Part shown: positions 54,986-64,000 of the stretch, in pieces
Numbering within the stretch: the first letter of the stretch is position 1
How the letters are laid out: each line of letters starts with the position of its first letter
Assembly (NCBI RefSeq): GCF_006345805.1
Contig: NC_042998.1
Coordinates: 86,304,001 to 86,368,000, forward strand
DNA length: 64,000 nucleotides
Origin: Octopus sinensis
Lineage: Eukaryota
Direction: 5' to 3'
Notes under the pieces: model-generated
Seen by the model: only the letters and a program-made list of their open reading frames with translations
Told to the model about the DNA's origin: nothing
The model's database searches: none
Translations under genes and position numbers: made by a program

Positions 54986-55671
54986 TTAATATATACTGCT
55001 CTACATCTTAAAGTGTGCTAGAAAGCAAATATATTTTATTCCACATGGGTGGAAATATAGGAAAAATAGAAGTTGAAAATGCACTGAGAATAGTTAAAAT
55101 ATTTTTTATTACAATATTTAAACCTTTAACCGGTTTCACAGTTTACACTGATTTTCAAAAAGTTCAAATAGAAACACGTTGCTTGCTTCTGACTAGTGTT
55201 TGAAGTTTGCCTTATTTTTATATGGAGTTTAAGGCTCAAATTAGTATATGTATTGAATAGGATTTGATTGTAGGACTGGTCCTAGAAACTTTTGTAGGTT
55301 CCCTGCTTCATTTGTATGTTAGTCTCAAGTGACAATGCTTGGCATTGTAAGTTAAGATTGACACAGTTGACTGAACAAGTCCAAACAAACAATGCTCTGA
55401 ATGTTTTCTGTCACATCATTAAGTTTATAACCTCTTGTAAGTTTCCCACTATGTTCATATCATGTGACAGTATATTTTGCATCTAAAAAGAGGGCCAACA
55501 TGGTTGAGTGAACATGTTTAGTTATAATCTAGACAGACCTAATTTAATCTGTCTGGAGGGAAAGTGGCAGGAATCATATATAGTCCAACTGGTTAAAGCT
55601 TCAAATATTTTAATAAAAAATATTTTAACTATTCAACTTCTGCTTTTCCTATATATACATACATACATATA

Positions 55672-56170
55672 TATATGTATAGGATCGATTATTGGGATCG
55701 CCTTAAAGCCTTGAAACTCTACTCTCTTCAGCGTCGCCGTGAGCGGTACATCATTTGTACGATGTGGAGAATATACCGCCAATTTTGCCCAAATGACCTG
55801 AACATTAGCTTCAAGGTTCATCCAAGACTGGGACCACGGGCCATACATCCCCTGCCCAATTCAAGATCACAGCATACATGTACACTGCAACATAATTTCT
55901 TTTTCCTCAACAAGCCCTGCCCTATTTAACATTGTCCCGAAAGAGATCAAAGAGGAAAAGGATCCCATCAACTTTAAACGAAGTCTGGATAGATTCCTTC
56001 AAAGAATACCAGATAAGCCACCCATAATTGGATACAACTCACCCAACAAAAACTCATTACTTGAATGGACCATAAACAAAACTTGACTTAAACAGGATTC
56101 AAATAATCCTATCAGGTGGTGCTATTAAGTTAGACATGGCCTGGACCAATTTTTGGTTGAAACATATCTA
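55672..56170 (+). mobile_element. CR1-like LINE 3' end
   Basis: DYWDRLKALKLYSLQRRRERYII; same 3' UTR as 26936-27466. Confidence 0.8.
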
Positions 56171-56311
56171 AGTTTATATATAGTGTTTATATACATATAT
56201 ACATAAAAATATATATGTGCACTTACACAGACACACACACACATTCAAACAATACTATATACAATGTAGTTTTGTACTTATAGATGTAAGAAAAAATATC
56301 AGTGTCCTTAC

Positions 56312-56400
56312 TTTATAAATTCTGGGTTTTGACTCCTAACTTCGTCAATTGCCTTTGTAAATACAATTTTGACCTCATTAGCTTCAGATAAAATATGAAT
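56312..56400 (-). CDS. Cadherin-related gene (CDHR2/Cad87A/CDH23-like), first identified exon; start of the membrane-adjacent domain
   Basis: Acceptor ttttgctttttacag, donor aa|gtaagg. 89 nt, phase 0 to 2. Translates to IHILSEANEVKIVFTKAIDEVRSQNPEFI(K), resembling the segment after the last EC repeat in Cad87A/CDHR2-type cadherins. Confidence 0.85.
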
Positions 56401-56499
56401 CTGTAAAAAGCAAAATATATATATTTCATTAGATATTATAACAAATGACAAGAAAATATATGCATCCCATGTAAAAATCAATCCTATCTCAGTAAACAT

Positions 56500-57365
56500 T
56501 TAAGGATCTCTTACAATAATTTGGCCACTGGTCATTAGGGTCTGGCGAGACATGTGTAAAGTATATATGTAATGAATTCATAATAAAAGAGAATAGAGAT
56601 TTATATCCAGACATCATAAAACTGCAGAAAGATCTAAATGAAATATACAAATGGGTTAACAAAAATAACATGCTGTTCAATGCTATGAAATTTCAGGCAC
56701 TCCACTATTGGTCCAACACCAGGCTAAAATCAAAATAAATTGGATCAGGAGGTAATATGATCCCAGAGTCACAGTCGGTGTGTGACCTGGAGGTTCACAT
56801 GAGCAATGATGAAACATTCCATGTGCATATTACCAAGATGGTAACACTGTGCAGGTGAGTGGCTGAATGGATTCTGAGGATATTCAGAACCAGGAAAAGG
56901 GAAGCCCTGCTACTCCTATGAAGGACTTTCATTCTCAGCCACTTGGACTACTGCTCCCAACTATTGTCCCCAGAGAGTGTGAAACAAACTGTGGAACTTG
57001 AAGCAATCCAGCGCCAATACACAAAGAAGATTGACTTGATGCAAAAGATGAGCTACTGGGAGAGGCTAAAGGAGCTGAGTCGCCTATTCCATGCAGAGAA
57101 GATGAGAAAGATATGCAGTAATATATATTTGGAAGATCTTGGAGGGTATTGCTCCCAATTTTGGAATTGACGGCTATATCTCATCTTCCCCATCTAAAAT
57201 AAGGACACAGTACTGCAATAGTCTGAGTTTCAAGGACCTGCAATTGTTTAACATCCTTCCAGACAACCTTAGAGATCTACATGGTGTTGATGTGGAAGTT
57301 TTCAAGGAATGTCTGGACAGGTTTCTATCTGAGATACCAGATGAACCCACATTGCGGCAGGAGAT
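56500..57365 (+). mobile_element. CR1-like LINE RT C-terminal fragment
   Basis: DYCSQL..P..VKQTVELEAIQRQYTKKI..SYWERLKEL and LFNILPDNLRDL..FKECLDRFLSEIPDEP. Confidence 0.78.
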
Positions 57366-58593
57366 CCCCTGCTCCCTTATTTGGTGGTCAATGCAGAAAC
57401 TATGGATAGATGAGTGGTTGGTGAGAGCTGTACAAGCCATATGCAGGGAAGCTGTCAGTAAGATGAGGGTTGGCAACAAGTATAGCAATGAATTTAGTGT
57501 AGAAGTAGTTCATCATAGTCCTTCAGGCAATAACAGGAATTTAAGATGGGCTGCCCTTGGGAGCTCCTCTATGCTGATGATCATGTTCTTATAGCTGAAT
57601 TACTACCAGAATTAGAGAAAACACTTGAAGATGGCCCTGCTCTTATGTAGAAAAGGCTTAGGTAGAAACTCCATAAGCTGTACCTGGTGGGAGCTATGGA
57701 CAAATAAGAGGTAGAGTTATAACTGAGGAAGGTTCACACAGAAAATAGTCTTTGTATATGGCAGATGTATATGCACAATAAACACCAGAAACATACAGAA
57801 ATTAAAGTCCATCAAATACCAAGGGGAATACTTAGAAGTAATTGATAGCTTCCATTATCTGGGTGACCAAGGCAGATGCTCCAACAGCATAGCTGCTAGA
57901 ATAAAAATATGCTGGGCAAAATTCAGAGAGCCTCTATCTTTTTTTTGATAACACAGGCCTCCCCTCAGAATGAAAGGTAGATGTTATGATGCCTGTGTGC
58001 ATATAGCCATGCTACCCAGCAGTGAAACATGGGATGTGACTACAGAGGACATGTGATGGCTTGAAAGAAATGTAACTTGTATGCTTTGCTGGATGTGCAA
58101 TGCCAGTGTGCATGTACAACAGAATGTAAGCGTCCTGAGAGAAAAATTGGGCATAAGAGGTATCAGATGTGGTGTGTAAGAGAGAAGACTGCCTTGGTAT
58201 GGTCATGTGATGTGTATGGGTAAGGGCAGCTGCATAACAAAGTGCCAATCTCGAACTGTGGAGGGAATCCAGGAAGACATGGATTGAGATGGTGAAGCAT
58301 GATCTTTAGACGTTGGCTCTCACAGAGGTGATGATAAATGATCGAGACCTTTGGTGATTTGCTGTGCTTGAGAAGACCAATCAAGCCAAGTGAAATCATA
58401 ATTGTGGCCAGTACCAATGATACGGAAAAGGCATCCACCACACTCCTGGAGTGGTTGGCATTAGGAAGGGCCATAGAAACCAAGTCAAATCAGACAGGAA
58501 CCTGGTACAGCTATCCTGCTTACCATATCCAGTCAAACCATCTAACCTATGGTAGAATGAAAAACAGACCTTAAATGATGATGATGATGATGA
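57366..58593 (+). mobile_element. RTE-like LINE 3' part with SINE-like (GAT)n-tailed UTR
   Basis: IDEWLVRAVQA..REAVSK.RVGN, PWELLYADD and SETW..RWMCN..LREKLGIRGIRCG, followed by the shared repeat core and a (gat)n tail. Confidence 0.82.
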
Positions 58594-58759
58594 TGTATAA
58601 ACTTCCTTTAGGTTAGCTGCTCTACCTTGATTGTTTACATGTTAAAAGGTGGTACTCTTGTGGTTACATAACCAAGGTTTGACTCTGATCACTCCAGTTT
58701 TCTTTCTTGTGTTACTGAGTAAACATGGCTGCTCCACTGGCAGTGTGCACCAAAGAATA

Positions 58760-59750
58760 ATAGAGATCAGTGATTTGTTTCTGCTAGTCTGAAGGTGTGT
58801 CAAGGGCTGAAATTCATCACACACTTTCAGTACAATGCTCTACAGTGTAGAAGTGTATAAGAGCAGACTAAAAAGTTTTAAAATAGCCAGACAAGTGTAA
58901 AGCAGCAAGAGGGAGCAGGATGTCCATCAAGCTACATCACTGAGAGATGGTTCTGGTGAACCAATGAGAGACTATTGATGAGGTAGCATGTTCTCTGCAT
59001 AGGAAACTATCCATGACAATCTTCATTTCCATGAACTCTATGTGAGATGGGTGCCAAGAGAGCTTAACAAAGTGTGTAAGTGCAATTGTGTGGAGATCTG
59101 TGAATGTTTTACTTGACTGCTACAATGACAAAGGCAAAGCATTTTTAGAGAGAATAGTCACAGGAGATGGGAACTGTGTCCATCACTTTGAGTCAGAATC
59201 CAAAAGGCAGTGTATGCAGAGGAAACACCCAGAATCACCAGCAAAAATTCAAGACTCAACCTTCCACAGAAAGGGGATCTTAACATTTTTGGAGATGCTA
59301 AAGGGTCTATACTGGAATATTATCTGGAAAAGGGGTTTACATTCACCAGTGAAATGCTGGCCAACAAAGTAAAACCAGCAATTTTCACCAAACAATGAGA
59401 TCTATTGTCAAATCAAAAGGTATTGTTGCACAACAATGCAGGCCCACATATGGCCATCCACATCTTTGAAAGCAATGAAAAGTTAGGTTCTGAGTCACTA
59501 GAATACCTTGCATAGTCTAGATCTTTCCCCTTCTGACTATCACCTCTTTGCATCACTCAGAGATCCTTTACAAAATCAATGGTTTGCTATGGATGGATGA
59601 AGAAGTGCATAAATGGTTACACAACCAGCTGCAAAGCTTTTCCAAAAGAATAAGTAAAATTTTTTGACCACTGAAAGAAATACATTGAAAAGCAAGGAGT
59701 TTGTTTTAATAAATTGGAGAAACAAGAGTGTGTATAATTTTTTACTGAAT
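58760..59750 (+). mobile_element. Decayed mariner transposase remnant
   Basis: RWVPREL, IVTGD, HNNAGPH and SLDLSPSDYHLF motifs in broken frames. Boundaries are approximate. Confidence 0.8.
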
Positions 59751-59765
59751 GATATATATATATAT

Positions 59766-59961
59766 ATATAATTAAGGGCTCCTAAATAAGGATGCCAAGT
59801 GCTAGGGACACAAAAAAGGGATAAATTTATCGAGAGTGAAAATCAAAAACATTTACCAATAACGTTATTGGTAAATGTTTTTGATTTTCACTCTCGATCA
59901 ATTTATCCCTTTTTTGTGTCCCTAGCACTTGGCATCCTTATTTAGGAGCCCTTAATTATAT
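59766..59961. repeat. 196-bp palindrome with no spacer and one mismatch
   Basis: Centre AAC|GTT at 59863/59864; arms checked base by base. Confidence 0.95.
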
Positions 59962-60088
59962 TTCTACATGAATAATATTTTTCTATATGAATAATATTTT
60001 GTCAAATGACTAATTCGTCCTTTGTGCTGGGCAACTGGTAGTAATCTATATTATTACCCTTTTGATTATATATATATATATATATATA

Positions 60089-61316
60089 CAGGGATTTGAC
60101 AAAAAATGGAAACACCTTAAAATTTCAAACAAATTTATTTTAATATGGGGTAGGACTGCCTTTGGCAGTAATTACAACTTCAATTCTATGAGGTATGAAC
60201 TCATACAAAGTTTGAATTGTTTCCAAAGGAATTTTTGTCAATTCTTCAGCTAAAACAATCTCCAGCTCTTGTAGTGATGATGGTGGATGATATTGACTTC
60301 TTACTTTTTTTTCTAAAATGCACTATAAATGTTCAATAATATTGAGATCTGGGGACTGTGGTGGCCAGATAAGATGTTCAACTTCACTAGAATGTTCCTC
60401 ATGCCATTCAGTAACAACTCTACCTGTGTGAATTGGTGCATTATCCTCCTGAAAGATTGTGTTTCCCTCCAGAAACAGTTCCACAATCATAGGATGAATT
60501 TGATCAGATAAAATGCTTAAATAGTCTTCACTATTAATTCTACCATGAAGGGAAATCATTGGGCAGGCGAATTTCCAAGATATAGCCCCCAGATCATCAC
60601 ATATCCTCCTCCATGTTTAACAGTTGGAAAAAGGCGGTCTAGGTCAAATGCTTCTTTTGGCTGTCTACACACATATACTCCACCGGTGGTCAGAAATAAG
60701 GTAAAGGATGACATTCTTCCACTGCTCTAGGGACCAATTCTGTAAGTTTTTACTCCACTCTAAATGCTTTGCAATGGTTGTTTTTGGAAGTAGTGGTTTT
60801 CTGATTGCAGCTCTCCCATGAAATCCGGCTTTATGCAGCTCCCAGCGAACAGATTTTGTGGAAACTGAGTTCTCGAGGTGGTCATTAAGCTCTGCAGTAA
60901 TTTTGGGAGCTGTACTTTTGTGATCCTTTCTAATAATTTACGTAAGAGTCTGACGGTCCCTATCTGAAAGTTTTGGTTTTCTTCCGGAGTTTTGTTTCGA
61001 CGAGGAGGTTTTTCACTCTTTCTCAAAGGCTATCATCACTTTTGAGACAGTACTTCTCAGTACACCAAACATTTCGGCTGTTTTCATTATGCTAGCACCT
61101 GCCATACGAGCACCAACAATTTGATCTCATTGAAAGTCTGATAGATCGTTCATTTTAATGAATTTTATTTACCTTTTCCTGATGATATCTGAAAAGAAAA
61201 TGCAATTTTAGCAAAAAATATTAAGCAACACTAATAATAAATAAAAACTTTTGACAGTTTTATAGATATTTCAAAATTATAATGCTAGGTATTTCCATTA
61301 TTTTGTCCAACCCCTG
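60089..61316 (-). mobile_element. Tc1-like transposon (1228 bp) with DD36E spacing, inactivated
   Basis: TIRs cagggatttgacaaaaaatggaaacacct / aggtatttccattattttgtccaacccctg with TA flanks. D-NAPIHT..WPPQSPDLNII-E has 36 residues between D and E. The first catalytic Asp region (expected FSDES) is deleted near 60705. Confidence 0.9.
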
Positions 61317-62279
61317 TATATATACAATATATACATATTGTTATATTTCAGGATGATCATTTTTGTTTATTGCCAAATAAACACGCATACACTATATTTG
61401 TTCTTCACTTGTTTATTACTGTTTCTATTTTATGTCCATTGTTTGTAATCTTTTGTCACACACCTGTGACCTCTTCAGCGACTTTCTATCAAACATCTCT
61501 TCCTGTTCTGGTTTGTCCACTTAGAAACCCAACAAAATAACCACCTTTCACAAGCTACCATCCCACTCCTCTCAATCATCTCCCCACTCTCCACCTCTAC
61601 ATCTGCTTCTCTCAATACTTTAATCATTCACCCCTCCCTCTTCCTGATTTGACTTTGCTTCAACACTTCCCACAACCTCATTAAGCTGCCTACTTCCTTC
61701 CTCCACTTTTGTTTACCTTCCTCTTCACCCATCTACCTTTGAATTTCCCTGCATTAATATTTGAAAAGTTAGATACCCATCCTTCCACCCTGAAGACAGA
61801 GACCAGATCTATCTAATGTTTATGTGCTCCCACTACAGGTTCATATCCATGACTTTTACGAAGTACATCTGCCAACATTATGAAGTAATTCTAAGTCCCC
61901 CAGAAACAGCTGTTGGACCTGTAAGCATACTTCACCTCTTAATTTGCTGAGTCTTTGTACTCTGTGTAAGTTTGCTCTGTTAATATATAAATATCTATAT
62001 ATTCATACATAAATATTCATTGTCTAAATATTTTCAGTCTTTATTTTCTCTCTATTTACATGCATATATGTCTATATATTTTGTGTATATAGCCAAAGCA
62101 GTGTCATTTCTTAATTTGCATCGTTGTCTCTACATCTACTTCTTGTTATAGCCACTCTTTACCCCATTGACTTAGTCCTTGGAAAGATTTCAGAGTGTAA
62201 CTTCAGATCATTTGAGTGCTAAGTCTTTTCTGTTTGAGTATCTCTGAATTTTATTTGTTAACTCTCTCTCTCTTCTCTC

Positions 62280-62546
62280 ATATATATATCTATATATATC
62301 AATATATAATATATATCAATATATATATATATCTATCTATATATATCTATATCAATATATATATATATCTATTATATCTATCTATATATATATATAATAT
62401 ATATCAATATAATATATATATCTATATATATATATATAGATATATATATATATATATATATATCTAATATATATATATAATCTATATATATATATATTAT
62501 TATCAATAATATATATATCTATATATATATATATATAATATATATC

Positions 62547-62580
<34 letters not shown>

Positions 62581-63521
62581 ATATATATCAATATATAATA
62601 TATATATATATATATATATCTATATTATATATATCTATATATATATTATATTATATATATATATCTATATATATATAATATATATATATCATATATATAT
62701 ATATATCTATATATATATATCAATATATATATATATATATATTATCAATATATATATATATCTATATATATACTTATTTTAAGCAGCAGAAAATTCAACA
62801 AAATCTGTTACTCTGAGTTTCTCGTTGCCGTTCAACGGCAACGAGAAACTCAGAGTAACAGATTTTGTTGAATTTTCTGCTGCTTAAAATAAAGCATATT
62901 ACTCTACCACTGGTATTTGAGTACTCTTTTTTCCACCTTGTTTCACATTTATGTGTTTACTCCGGCTACATAATATCTATATATTATATATATAATATAT
63001 AGATTAATATATATATATATCAATATATATATATCTATATCAATATATATATATCTATATCAATATATATATATATATATCAATATATATATCTATATCA
63101 ATATATATATATATATCTATCTCAATATATATATATCTATCTATCTATCTATATCTATCAATATATATATATATATATTATCTATATATATATATATATC
63201 TATCTATATATATATATATATAATCTATCTATATATATATATATATATCTATCTATATATAATATATATATATCAATCTATATATATATATATATATTAT
63301 ATATATAGATATATATATATATCAATATATTATATATAATATATATATATATTATATATATATCAATATATATATATATATATATCAATATATATCAATA
63401 TATTATCAATATATATCAATATATATATCAATTATATATATATATATATATCAATATATATATATATATATATATCAATATATTATATATATATATCAAT
63501 ATATATATATATATATCAATA

Positions 63522-63561
<40 letters not shown>

Positions 63562-63765
63562 ATATATATATATATATATCAATATATATCAATATATATA
63601 TTATATATATATATATATATATCTATATATATATTATATAATATATATATATCAATATATATATATATATCAATATATATATATATCAATATATATATAT
63701 ATCAATATATATATATATATATCAATATATATATATATCTATATATTATATATATCAATATATAT

Positions 63766-63800
<35 letters not shown>

Positions 63801-63841
63801 TATATTATATATATATAATATAATATATATATTATATATAT

Positions 63842-63880
<39 letters not shown>

Positions 63881-64000
63881 TATATCATATATATCTATAT
63901 AATATATATATCAATATATATCTATATATATATATCTATCTATCTATCTATATATATCTATCTATATATATATATTCTATCTATCTATCTATCTATCTAT
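62280..64000. repeat. Long (TA)/(TATC)/(TATCAA) microsatellite
   Basis: Visible in the sequence; interrupted by the 62774-62960 insert. Confidence 0.97.
62774..62892. repeat. Perfect 119-bp palindrome (59-bp arms, 1-nt centre)
   Basis: Centre C62833; arms ttattttaagcagcag...ttgccgtt / aacggcaa...ctgctgcttaaaataa. Confidence 0.95.

Overview
This is eukaryotic, AT-rich, repeat-dense DNA. The repeat families and (TA)n/(CAT)n microsatellites look like an octopus or other coleoid cephalopod genome; that is my recognition, not verified. Most ORFs in the supplied track are artefacts of microsatellites or decayed transposons. The one host gene I can support is on the minus strand. It has eight short GT-AG exons (41-125 nt, 608 nt in total, all phases compatible) spread over 15428-56400. 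They splice into the membrane-adjacent domain, transmembrane helix and cytoplasmic tail (RKLRAAK...PGTN...NPLY...SLDEN) of a CDHR2/Cad87A/CDH23-like cadherin. Its upstream cadherin repeats and final exon were not found in the window. The introns and flanks hold R4/Dong-like, CR1-like and RTE-like LINEs, Penelope-like elements (PLEs), mariner, Tc1 and hAT DNA transposons, Helitrons and SINE-like repeats. The most notable observations are: (1) several type I hammerhead ribozyme motifs tied to PLE termini, some with intact cores; (2) several long near-perfect palindromes or inverted repeats; (3) a Tc1-like element with DD36E spacing; (4) a Helitron inserted precisely at an A|T site inside a PLE RT gene; (5) TTAGGG repeats at the break point of a truncated LINE. 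There is a 100-N assembly gap at 32922-33021.
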